From NCBI GenBank assembly GCA_002269645.1, contig NIVC01000065.1:186001-250000 (forward strand): a DNA stretch of 64,000 nt, written 5' to 3'. The translations under genes and the position numbers were made by a program. This DNA comes from Macrostomum lignano (taxonomy: Eukaryota). Under the pieces are notes generated by a model, which saw only the letters and a list, made by a program, of their open reading frames with translations, was not told where the DNA came from and did no database searches. The first letter of the stretch is position 1, and every line of letters begins with the position of its first letter. Positions 13,386-25,218 of the stretch are shown here, one piece after another.

Positions 13386-15766
13386 ATGTTTTATTAACTA
13401 TAGCATTAGCTCAAGTGCTTGAAAAGACTATAGGACAGAATAGGTACTCTCAATCAGATAGTGGTTAGAAATCTTTCACTTAACTGTAGGGCCTAATAGC
13501 TAAATGTAGCCTCTCCGCAATGGTGCAAAGAAAGCTATAAACAAATTTTATTCCAAAACACTCTATATTTACTTTATATACTTAGCCTTATTACTTGAGT
13601 CGAACTTGACCCTTTCCTCTATCTATAGGGAATAAAAAAGTGACACAACAATAGAAAAAGCAGACAAACTTTAAATGCTTACAGTTTCTATCCTGATTGA
13701 GTTACAGAGTTGAGACTTAACATTTAGACAGAGAATAAGTCAATAAAGAATTATGTCAATTTTGAAATCAATTGCTTTATGTAGGCTTAGAGCAAACTTA
13801 TGGCAGCCTAAAGTTAGTCAGTTGTAAATCCCTTGGACACATCTGGCCAGATAAGAAGAGAGGCAGAGGTGGGGATGGTTATTATGCTAACAAAAAGCAG
13901 ACTAACTTTAAAAGTGCACAACACCTTTCAATATCAACTTTGAGACTCAAATTTTACACAAGTGTGACATGTGTCAAAGTAAATAAGATTGTTTGTGTCG
14001 AATTTGAAGATGATTGGTAAAACTGAAGCAGCAATATCATACATGCCCAACCACAAAACCACAAATTGGGGCCTAGATAATAAGCCTAGGCTAGGCTAGG
14101 TCTATATATTTCACTCATTTCCTATTGCTATTAGTAGTAATTAAGAGAGATAGATACTATAATGGAATTTATTATTATTTTTTATCTAGTCCAATATTAG
14201 CCATAACCAAAAACTAGGCCTACTCAAGCTCGATGTCGATGCCTGCCTTAACTCAACTAGGCCCTACTCGGATTTTGTTGTTTGGTCATGCTACTCGACT
14301 TCGACTAGAGCTCGGCTTGAGCAAAAATCTGGGCTCGTTGAAACTCTATGTCTAGGCCATATGCCTACTCACTGTTAACTATATATAGACAATATCCAGA
14401 AAAAGCGGTCCATAAATTTTTGATTCGTTGTCGAAATACAAAATAAAAATAGGCCCCTACATCTCTACGAAAAATATCGAAATGAAGAGAACTGTCCCTA
14501 TAAGCAGGCAAAAACTATCTGCAGACAGACCTGTACTTGCTTAATACCGAAGTAAATAAAACCTCAAATAAGCAGTTATCTGTTAACATGAACCCCATGT
14601 AACGTAACCATGTTCGAGGCAATTTCAATTACCAAGCCAGCATGCTTAAAAAAAAATTTTTCCGAAAAAACACGGCCCCTTTCATTTAAAAAATCGTAGT
14701 GATACATAATTGTCGACTGCAAACTGCAATTGTATATTTAAGAATATTAAAGATTATATTTTGACAGAACTAAGCTGCAAATAACCATTACAACATTTAA
14801 AATAACATATTCTTATACCTTTGCACGTCTATAAAACTTAATTCCGGACTCTACACAATGGGTACACGCTTGCCCCAAAGAAATTTCGAGCGAAAGAACT
14901 GTGTATCGTAATCTTCAGTATTTTGGTGAACATGAGCTTGGTCACCTATTTTTTCTGGTCTCCGCTGAAGCCCGAAGGTTGTGGGCGAATGTGGCAAGAA
15001 ACGCACCCCCCACGCCTGGGTGCGTTCTGGGAAGCATGTAAATATAAGCAAGCCATATAGGGTCTGCCCCCCATAATGAATTTCAGGTTGCAGCTAGGTA
15101 AGGTTGCGCCAGTACTGGGCCTTAAAAATTTTGTAAAATTAATAATAAATTGTACGAAATTTAAGAGTAGTTCAGCATCACACGGGGTACAAAATTTAAA
15201 GTATAAATAAATCCTGATATGCGAAGCTCTAATTTCATAGTTATCCTGTCAAATATTGTAATTGTTTACTAATTTTTTGCAAAAAATTGTAATTATTACC
15301 AACTAGCAAGTAAAAAATAACCTTTGCTACATGTAAACATATACTCAGCAATTAAGTCGCCACTTTATGCGCCAGTGAGCACAATTCTCTGTGGACTACT
15401 CTGAAATAAAAAATACGAGAAAACTGATCTCGGGGTACATGTAGCTATTTACACCTCACCACCCACTTCATTCCCCAAAAACTCAAGCAAGTCTGCCGTG
15501 GGCGGGGCGTTGCTGAGTTGCGTCACTCGCAAGGTTTGACAGACTTTACCTGTATTCTCTCAAAAGTGGCGAGTGGTGACCACAGACTTTTCAATGTTGC
15601 TGGGAATAAATCAATTTAAACGCAAACTATATCATAGATTTAAAATATCAAATCATTTTAACGTTTCCCTTAGCAGTATAAAACTAAATGAGCTATTACG
15701 CCTATTTTAAACGTATTCACTTAGGGGTAGGTACAAAAAAACAGGTAAAAAGGGCCCGGCTTTGTA

Positions 15767-15832
15767 AAATAACGACAATCGTTATCGTAATTTTGTCATT
15801 TTATTCTAGAATTTTCTACGCCCCTTTATAAA
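15767..15832 (+). promoter_or_regulatory. Hsp70-A promoter: shared 16-mer, heat-shock element and TATA box
   Basis: TTCtaGAAttTTC at 15804-15816 (3 nGAAn units); TATAAA at 15827-15832; AAATAACGACAATCGT at 15767-15782. Confidence 0.85.
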
Positions 15833-15954
15833 GGCGGCAATTCAAACACTCTTTCCTTACACGCGGCGTCAGAAAGTTCTATAAGCTGGCTATACTTGTA
15901 AATTTAGTTTGTATTAGTATATTTATAAATATAACTTAAGCTAATAACTTTAAT

Positions 15955-18875
15955 ATGTCTAAAACTCCTGCAATTGGTATTGATCTGGGTACAACCTACT
16001 CGTGTGTTGGTGTCTTCCAGCACGGTAAGGTTGAAATTATTGCCAACGATCAGGGCAACCGAACCACTCCCAGCTATGTTGCATTTACCGATACCGAAAG
16101 GCTCATCGGTGATTCGGCTAAAAATCAGGTGGCGCTAAATCCTTCCAATACTGTGTTTGGTAAGTCATATTCTTTCTGTTATCTTTTTTACTTGATAATT
16201 TAGTATGCATTAATTAGATTAGGTACCTACGATAAGTCGATGACTTGTCGATTGACCAAGAATATCTGCTTTGACCTGTCGTTTAAGTTGTGGCTTAAAT
16301 TAAGTCGAGTGAAATATTTTTAATAGTATTTTTATTATAAATCCACAGTCCCAAAAGTTCCCAAAAGTTTTGTACATGTCTAATGTCCTATATTGCTTAT
16401 AAATCCTGAGGCATAGCTATTCTTTACAATTGCCGTCATTAGGCCTAGCCTAGCTTTAGTTTTGCAAATTTCAATACTTATATTTTACTATTAATTGATT
16501 CACTTACAGATGCAAAGCGACTCATTGGACGCAAGTTTGATGATTCTGTAGTCCAACAAGACATGAAGCATTGGCCCTTCACTGTTGTCAATGATGGCAG
16601 TCGGCCAAAAATTCAAGTTGAGTTCAAAGGTGAGACTAAAAGCTTCTTTGCTGAAGAGATCTCTTCTATGGTCTTGACAAAGATGAAGGAGACTGCAGAG
16701 GCATACCTGGGAAAGACCGTCACTGATGCTGTTGTCACTGTGCCTGCCTACTTCAATGATAGTCAGCGTCAAGCCACCAAGGATGCTGGTGCCATTGCTG
16801 GCCTGAATGTGCTGCGCATCATCAACGAGCCCACAGCTGCTGCCATTGCATATGGTCTAGACAAGAAGAGTGGCCACGAGAGGAATGTGCTCATCTTTGA
16901 CCTCGGTGGTGGCACCTTCGATGTGTCCATCCTGACAATCGAGGAGGGCATCTTCGAGGTGAAGTCGACTGCTGGAGACACCCATCTGGGCGGTGAGGAC
17001 TTTGACAACAGGATGGTGAACCATTTCATCCAGGAGTTCAAGCGCAAGTACAAGAAGGACATGAGTGACAACAAGCGCGCTGTGAGGCGTCTGCGCACTG
17101 CCTGCGAGAGGGCCAAGCGAACTCTGAGCAGCGCCGCCCAGGCCAACATCGAGATTGACAGCCTATACGAGGGTATTGACTTCTACACGAGCATCACCAG
17201 GGCTCGCTTCGAGGAGCTCAACGCCGACCTGTTCCGTGGCACCCTCGAGCCAGTCGAGAAGTCGCTGCGTGACGCCAAGCTCGACAAAGCGTCCATCAAC
17301 GAGATTGTGCTGGTGGGCGGCTCGACTCGAATCCCGAAGATCCAGAAGCTGCTGCAGGTGAGCAACTTGAAGTTTTTTAGATACTTCTTAGAAATTAAAG
17401 CTTGAGTAGTTAATTCAGCTGTTCTGCGAACTCAGATGATGATATTCTGTAAGGTATTCGCGGTTTCGACAGACGGACCTGCAGTGGGTTCTCTGATGCC
17501 CAAGACCTTCCTTAGTCTGATGCTGAGATTCGCACCTGCAGTAGGATTACTTATTTGCTTATTGTTAGTGTAGGCTAAAGCACTGGCCAGCCAGAGCTCT
17601 CACAGATGATGATATTCTGTAAGGTATTCGCGGTTTCGACAGACGGACCTGCAGTGGGTTCTCTGATGCCCAAGACCTTCCTTAGTCTGATGCTGAGATT
17701 CGCACCTTCAGTAGGATTACTTATTTGCTTATTATTAGTGTAGGCTAAAGCACTGGCCAGCCAGAGCTCTCTCAGATGATGATATTCTGTAAGGTATTCG
17801 CGGTTTCGACAGACGGACCTGCAGTGGGTTCTCTGATGCCCAAGACCTTCCTTAGTCTGATGCTGAGGCTGGCCCAGCGGGGAGCTCAGAACAAAGCAAA
17901 ACAGTCCATCTGTAATCCCCATCGTCATCCCCACCCGCCATCTCGCAGGACTTCTTCAGCGGCAAGGAGCTCAACAAGTCGATCAACCCGGACGAGGCCG
18001 TCGCCTACGGCGCCGCCGTCCAGGCCGCCATTCTTCACGGCGACAAGTCCGAGGCGGTGCAGGACCTCCTGCTGCTGGACGTGACGCCACTGTCGCTCGG
18101 CATCGAGACCGCTGGCGGCGTGATGACGGCCCTCATCAAGCGGAACACCACCATCCCCACCAAGCAGACGCAGACGTTCACCACCTACTCGGACAACCAG
18201 CCTGGCGTTCTAATCCAGGTGTACGAAGGCGAGCGTGCAATGACCAAGGACAACAACCTGCTGGGCAAGTTCGAGCTGTCCGGCATCCCGCCGGCTCCGC
18301 GCGGAGTCCCCCAGATCGAGGTGACCTTCGACATCGACTCCAACGGCATTCTCAACGTGTCCGCCGTGGAGAAGAGCACTAACAAGGAGAACAAGATCAC
18401 CATCACCAACGACAAGGGCCGTCTCAGCAAGGAGGACATCGAGCGGATGGTCAACGAGGCCGAGCGCTACAAGGCCGAGGACGACAAGCAGAAGGAGCGC
18501 GTCTCGGCCAAGAACTCGCTCGAGAGCTACGCCTTCTCCATGCGCCAGACTGTCGAGGACGAGAAGCTCAAGGACAAGATCTCCGAGGACGACAAGAAGA
18601 CCATCCTGGACAAGTGCAACGACGTCATCAAGTGGCTCGACGCCAACCAGACCGCCGAGAAGGACGAATACGACCATCAGCAGAAGGAGCTCGAGAAGGT
18701 GTGCAACCCCATCATCACCAAGCTGTACCAGGCCGCTGGCGGAGCCGGTGGAATGCCCGGTAGCATGCCTGGCGGCTTCCCCGGTGGCGCTCCTGGTGCT
18801 GGCGCTGCTGGCGGCCAGAGCGGCGGCGGCGGCAGCGGTGGCGGCTCCGGCCCCACCATCGAGGAGGTCGACTAA
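15955..18875 (+). CDS. hsp70: Cytosolic Hsp70/Hsc70 copy A, 659 aa, 3 exons
   Basis: join(15955..16159,16510..17357,17949..18875); GT-AG introns, phases 1 and 0. Signatures [23 protein letters not shown] and [13 protein letters not shown]; C-terminal GPTIEEVD. Confidence 0.97.
17433..17527 (+). ncRNA. U14: U14 (SNORD14)-like C/D box snoRNA, copy A1
   Basis: Box C ATGATGA at 17436; domain A ATTCGCGGTTTC; domain B AAGACCTTCCTTAG; box D CTGA at 17517 (second CTGA at 17523); flanking stem GCGAACTCAG/CTGAGATTCGC; located in Hsp70 intron 2. Confidence 0.8.
17603..17697 (+). ncRNA. U14: U14-like snoRNA, copy A2
   Basis: Identical to A1, offset by 170 bp. Confidence 0.8.
17773..17867 (+). ncRNA. 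U14: U14-like snoRNA, copy A3
   Basis: Identical to A1, offset by 340 bp; ends about 80 nt upstream of the acceptor at 17948. Confidence 0.8.
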
Positions 18876-20557
18876 AGTTTCTAAACGAAAGTGCTGCTTT
18901 GGTGGCTTTTGTGACAGTCCGTTTTTAATAACTAAACCTTATAAGTAAGAGTAAAGTGGTTGCGTGTACCCGAGCGTCAGTACCATGCTGGCTGTTAGAT
19001 CGAATTTCATCGATGCGATCGACCTTTTGCAGGTGTCTGGTTTTTTTAAATATGCCAATTTACAGCAGTTTTTTTACTCTGCCTCTTCCATCTGGCCTGT
19101 AAGCTAAGTACTGAAATACAAAATTATCCAGTTCGAACTTGAAAGTCAACTTATTACATACCAATAATATTTTATTTAAGTTTTTGGTTTTTGTTCTTAA
19201 AAATGTTAATCTTTTATAAAAACTACCACACCCTTTATTTCTAAAGTTTCTCAGCCTGTAAACAATTGCTTGCGAACGACGACTTCACTAAAGACATCGG
19301 TATTTCCTGGAAATATTTGTACTCGTAGAACTAGAGATTTTGCGTCGCGGGCTCTAAATGTACATGCAGCCCGTAATTGATATTTTCCTAGGTTGCAGCT
19401 CGTACTGTATACGCGTATAATAAATATGCGATACTAACTTACGCATTAATGCATTAATTCATACAACTACAGTCTACAGGTCCATCAAGACAGCTTTTTT
19501 TTCGTAGTTTATTCACTTTTAGTGATACGAGCAAGCTACGTGTAAAGTTGCAGTTAATGAAAAGTCAAGCCCATATCCCAGAGTTTCTCAGAGCCATGGT
19601 TGATCTCCATAATAAAAATGCTATATGGAGCTTTCTAAACAAATCTGTGTATGTACCAAATGCAGACACCGGTAATTTTAAATAGTTCAAGTGGTCTCCT
19701 GTGCCGAGGAATACTGAACAACCAATTTTAAGAGTCAAAAGTACAATGTAATCGCTACTTCGGAAAGCTAAATGCAACACTATAGAAGCGTATACATGTA
19801 CATGTCCATGTACTTTGCATACATTATAATTGTCTCTGTCCATGTCTGCGTGGTCTGTTAAGTAAACTCTCGGCAGATACATGTACATATAAAGTATATA
19901 TAATGTACACTGTAGATGTACTTGTAAATGACATATGCATGCACCATTAATTAAGTCGGTGCAATGGTTGCAAAATGTACATGTAAGAAAGGACAGACAG
20001 GATTAAATGGATTTCCATGTAGCTTTACAAAATTAGGAAGCTTAACTGAAATCGATTGCTATAGCTACACTAAATATTACCAAGGACAACTTAAGTAGGA
20101 CGCTACACTCGAAATCTATGGTAAATGTTTTGAAGGCAACTTTTCGCCGAAAAATACACGTGTAAACAGAGATAGGAGGTTTTCATTTTTTCAGCACAAA
20201 AAATATTATTGCTTTTGATAGGAGGCAGATCCAGTGTTCATCTTTTTGATATGCTGTGCCTTTCTTATTGCTCTATCAATATTCATAAAACTTTTCGTTC
20301 AGAAATAGTTTTTAAGGCAGGTTTCACCGGAAAACACTACTGAGATAGGAAATTTCACGATTTTCAAAACTAAAACAGTGATTGGGTCTCTTAACATTGT
20401 CTGAGAAAGTTCTAATCGCACTATTTTTGTGCCTCACACTGCTGCTCTATAACGACGCATTAATCGATTTTTCATGTTAAATTGGTCTTGTCTTTTTTTA
20501 AACGTTTTTTCAAGTGACAGACCAATTTATGGGAATAAATTGCCCATTTTCCCATTT

Positions 20558-21000
20558 ATTACCGTACATCTACACTTAAATCCTTTTTCCCATAAAAGAT
20601 TGCCAGGCCAATTATTAATATTTCCTATTTCAAATTTATAAGTAGCTCTCACAGGAGATTCCCAATTTGCGTATTTCCCACCAGGAAATTCTCAATTTCA
20701 GTATTTCCCACTAGGCAGGAAATTCTCAATTTCAGTATTTCCCACTAGGCAGGAAATTCCTGATTTCAGTATTTCCCACAGAAGATTCCCGATTTGAGTA
20801 TTTCCCGCCACAGGGGATTTCCCATTTGAGTATTTCCCACAGGGGATTCTTCATTTGAGTATTTCCCACAGGGGATTCCCCATTTGAGTATTTTCAGAAG
20901 CACTATTTGGTAGGATTTTCAATAGTAATTGGAAAATATAACATGGAAAATGTTAGTATTGGGCAATCTTTTATGGGAAAGGATTTAAGTGTGCGGTAAT
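20558..21000. mobile_element. Foldback/MITE-like unit: ~40-45-bp inverted arms enclosing a minisatellite (about 20650-20895)
   Basis: Left arm ATTACCG...CACTTAAATCCTTTTTCCCATAAAAGATTGCC (20558-20604) is the reverse complement of GGCAATCTTTTATGGGAAAGGATTTAAGTGTGCGGTAAT (20962-21000) with small indels. Internal AGTATTTCCCAC repeats; no clear TSD. Confidence 0.55.
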
Positions 21001-21848
21001 CATGCGGTAGTCACGTGACTGCTCTCAGCCAATAGCGACTTACATGTGTGTGTTGCCAATAGAAACGGCCGAGTGATTCCCAAGGTTGCGCTTGTATGAG
21101 TCGGTAATACAGTAATAAATACTGAACCACATACTGAACCAGTCGACGTTCTTTAACCAAGTAAAAATAATCCAAAACCGGACATTTTTGAAACTGAATA
21201 ATTGAAAAACCGAATATAAGGCCTAGAAAAGTATAGGCCTAGCGCCGCGAGAACGCCTGGAAATAAATGAACCAAACTGTATATTTTTTCGGTTTAAAAT
21301 GAAGACGAAATGCTTACTTATGCGGTATGCTAAGTATTTGTTTGTAGAAAACTGGAGCAGGTCAAGGCGATGCAACCCCGGACAAAAAAACAATTGTTTG
21401 AGTCAAAAGGGCTGAAAGAAAAACAAGGCTGACAAAAAACCTCACTACTGAAGCCAAAAATGACACAGCGGTTTTAATAATCGACAGAAGTGAGACTATA
21501 TGACATAGTGGGAGGAAATCTTACGTTTGATGACGAAAATAACAGATTATATTATTATTATTGGTACTATTAGTTATTAATATTAGAAAACTTGTTTATT
21601 ATTGAATTATTAATCCTCCTCAGAACAAAAATTCTGACATCAACAAGACTGGGATGTGATGGCGAACAAGGAGATGGAGTAGCAGCAATAAAAGTACACC
21701 GTCATATATGATCATTAATTAGACAAGTCGCATGTAGCGAATGTTTCAGCTCGGGGAAGTATTATAATCCAGGTACAAGCCAGGGTCAAAGCTGACAAAC
21801 AGAACTCTTCACTGATAATTGATGTTCCAGTCAGATTTCACACTAACT

Positions 21849-24800
21849 TTAGTCGACCTCCTCGATGGTGGGGCCGGAGCCGCCACCGCTGCCGCCGCCG
21901 CCGCTCTGGCCGCCAGCAGCGCCAGCACCAGGAGCGCCACCGGGGAAGCCGCCAGGCATGCTACCGGGCATTCCACCGGCTCCGCCAGCGGCCTGGTACA
22001 GCTTGGTGATGATGGGGTTGCACACCTTCTCGAGCTCCTTCTGCTGATGGTCGTATTCGTCCTTCTCGGCGGTCTGGTTGGCGTCGAGCCACTTGATGAC
22101 GTCGTTGCACTTGTCCAGGATGGTCTTCTTGTCGTCCTCGGAGATCTTGTCCTTGAGCTTCTCGTCCTCGACAGTCTGGCGCATGGAGAAGGCGTAGCTC
22201 TCGAGCGAGTTCTTGGCCGAGACGCGCTCCTTCTGCTTGTCGTCCTCGGCCTTGTAGCGCTCGGCCTCGTTGACCATCCGCTCGATGTCCTCCTTGCTGA
22301 GACGGCCCTTGTCGTTGGTGATGGTGATCTTGTTCTCCTTGTTGGTGCTCTTCTCCACGGCGGACACGTTGAGAATGCCGTTGGAGTCGATGTCGAAGGT
22401 CACCTCGATCTGGGGGACTCCGCGCGGAGCCGGCGGGATGCCGGACAGCTCGAACTTGCCCAGCAGGTTGTTGTCCTTGGTCATGGCGCGCTCGCCTTCG
22501 TACACCTGGATTAGAACGCCAGGCTGGTTGTCCGAGTAGGTGGTGAACGTCTGCGTCTGCTTGGTGGGGATGGTGGTGTTCCGCTTGATGAGGGCCGTCA
22601 TCACGCCGCCAGCGGTCTCGATGCCGAGCGACAGTGGCGTCACGTCCAGCAGCAGGAGGTCCTGCACCGCCTCGGACTTGTCGCCGTGCAGAATGGCGGC
22701 CTGGACGGCGGCGCCGTAGGCGACGGCCTCGTCCGGGTTGATCGACTTGTTGAGCTCCTTGCCGCTGAAGAAGTCCTGTGAGATGGCGGGTGGGGATGAC
22801 GATGGGGATTACAGATGGACTGCTTTGCTTTGTTCTGAGCTCCCAGCTGGGCCAGCCTCAGCATCAGACTAAGGAAGGTCTTGGGCATCAGAGAACCCAC
22901 TGCAGGTCCGTCTGTCGAAACCGCGAATACCTTACAGAATATCATCATCTGAGAGAGCTCTGGCTGGCCAGTGCTTTAGCCTACACTAATAATAAGCAAA
23001 TAAGTAATCCTACTGCAGGTGCGAATCTCAGCATCAGACTAAGGAAGGTCTTGGGCATCAGAGAACCCACTGCAGGTCCTTCTGTCGAAACCGCGAATAC
23101 CTTACAGAATATCATCATCTGTGAGAGCTCTGGCTGGCCAGTGCTTTAGCCTACACTAACAATAAGCAAATAAGTAATCCTACTGAAGGTGCGAATCTCA
23201 GCATCAGACTAAGGAAGGTCTTGGGCATCAGAGAACCCACTGCAGGTCCGTCTGTCGAAACCGCGAATACCTTACAGAATATCATCACCTGAGTTCGCAG
23301 AACAGCTGAATTAACTACTCAAGCTTTAATTTCTAAGAAGTATCTAAAAAACTTCAAGTTGCTCACCTGCAGCAGCTTCTGGATCTTCGGGATTCGAGTC
23401 GAGCCGCCCACCAGCACAATCTCGCTGATGGACGCCTTGTCGAGCTTGGCGTCACGCAGCGACTTCTCGACTGGCTCGAGGGTGCCGCGGAACAGGTCGG
23501 CGTTGAGCTCCTCGAAGCGAGCCCTGGTGATGCTCGTGTAGAAGTCAATACCCTCGTATAGGCTGTCAATCTCGATGTTGGCCTGGGCGGCGCTGCTCAG
23601 AGTTCGCTTGGCCCTCTCGCAGGCAGTGCGCAGACGCCTCACAGCGCGCTTGTTGTCACTCATGTCCTTCTTGTACTTGCGCTTGAACTCCTGGATGAAA
23701 TGGTTCACCATCCTGTTGTCAAAGTCCTCACCGCCCAGATGGGTGTCTCCAGCAGTCGACTTCACCTCGAAGATGCCCTCCTCGATTGTCAGGATGGACA
23801 CATCGAAGGTGCCACCACCGAGGTCAAAGATGAGCACATTCCTCTCGTGGCCACTCTTCTTGTCTAGACCATATGCAATGGCAGCAGCTGTGGGCTCGTT
23901 GATGATGCGCAGCACATTCAGGCCAGCAATGGCACCAGCATCCTTGGTGGCTTGACGCTGACTATCATTGAAGTAGGCAGGCACAGTGACAACAGCATCA
24001 GTGACGGTCTTTCCCAGGTATGCCTCTGCAGTCTCCTTCATCTTTGTCAAGACCATAGAAGAGATCTCTTCAGCAAAGAAGCTTTTAGTCTCACCTTTGT
24101 ACTCAACTTGAATTTTAGGCCTGCTAGCATCATTGATGACAGTGAAGGGCCAATGCTTCATGTCTTGTTGGACAACAGAATCATCAAACTTGCGTCCAAT
24201 GAGTCGCTTGGCATCTGTGAATTAGGAAAAAGAAATATGAAATATGCATTAAAAATGTGAAATGACAAAAAAGAATTAAGAATTAATAAAGAATTATTAA
24301 TGTTTTTATACTACTTAACCATATAATTTTGATCACTACAAATAACAAATTAAGGAAAAATTAAAATAGCTTTATTATAATTTTTGCAGCTAGACATTCT
24401 TATTGATTTTTAATAAAAAAATAAATAATAATTTAAAATAGACTATATAATTTATTAAGCTTATTATATGGGCATTAAAGTTTGACTTTTCTATGAATAA
24501 TGATATTTTGTAACATTATATCTAGGCATACAATAGCCTGATAAGGTATGCTTTATGAATTTTATTCAATACATTACTACAATAGGTTAGACCTAGTAAA
24601 TTAAATAGGCCTACTTAATAAAATTAGGTTTATAAAGATAGTTATATTACAATTAACTTATATAGATGTAGTTCTAGAAATAGCCTGGTTAAACTTTAAT
24701 TATCTCTACTGAAAAAAGTTAAGATTAATCAGTAGGCCTAATCACAGACAATATTAAACTGCTTACCAAAGACTGTGTTTGATGGGTTTAATGCGACTTG

Positions 24801-24971
24801 ATTTTTTGCAGAATCGCCAATAAGACGTTCTGTGTCAGTAAATGCAACATAGCTCGGCGTTGTGCGATTTCCTTGGTCGTTGGCAATGATTTCCACTTTG
24901 CCATGCTGAAAGACACCGACGCAGGAGTAGGTAGTGCCGAGATCAATGCCAATAGCGGGAGCCTTTGCCAT
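21849..24971 (-). CDS. hsp70: Cytosolic Hsp70/Hsc70 copy B, 659 aa, 3 exons
   Basis: complement(join(21849..22775,23367..24214,24767..24971)); same exon lengths, intron phases and signatures as copy A; ends EEVD. Confidence 0.97.
22857..22951 (-). ncRNA. U14: U14-like snoRNA, copy B3
   Basis: Reverse complement of A3, in intron 2 of Hsp70-B. Confidence 0.8.
23027..23121 (-). ncRNA. U14: U14-like snoRNA, copy B2
   Basis: As A2, with one internal variant (CAGAAGGACC versus CAGACGGACC). Confidence 0.8.
23197..23291 (-). ncRNA. U14: U14-like snoRNA, copy B1
   Basis: As A1, but box C reads GTGATGA (still RTGATGA). Confidence 0.8.
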
Positions 24972-25121
24972 GATGCTCGATTAAGTCAATAATCAAAAAT
25001 GTTGCGTTACAGACTTGAAATTAGAAAACTAAAATTTCGATTCTAACTGCAAGAATATGCTTTAGGAGGTGCTTGCTACAGAAAAATACAGATAAATACA
25101 CATCAGACGCTCGGAGCGCAC

Positions 25122-25218
25122 TATATATAAATGCAGTGAAGGTGGGCCGGCGAAAAATCTAGAAAAGAAAATTCTAGAAACTTCTTTTCAAATGACTAAG
25201 TCAAATAACGACAATCGT
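25122..25218 (-). promoter_or_regulatory. Hsp70-B promoter: TATA box, 4-unit heat-shock element and shared 16-mer
   Basis: TATATATA at 25122-25129; GAAaaTTCtaGAAacTTC at 25167-25184; AAATAACGACAATCGT at 25203-25218. Confidence 0.87.

Noticed and set aside
15357-15572. TCGCCACTTT / AAAGTGGCGA inverted pair as a MITE
   Set aside because: Only 10 bp of complementarity and no TSD.
16160-16509. Additional snoRNA in Hsp70 intron 1
   Set aside because: No canonical box C/D pair with a terminal stem, and no conservation with intron 1 of copy B.
17433-17867. CRISPR-like repeat/spacer appearance of the 170-bp units (and of other arrays)
   Set aside because: The spacers are themselves repeated rather than unique, the context is eukaryotic and intronic, and there are no cas genes.
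21819-22514. 231-aa ORF antisense to Hsp70-B (and similar antisense ORFs over both Hsp70 genes)
   Set aside because: A shadow of strong GC3 codon bias; antisense ORFs are a well-known by-product in hsp70 genes.
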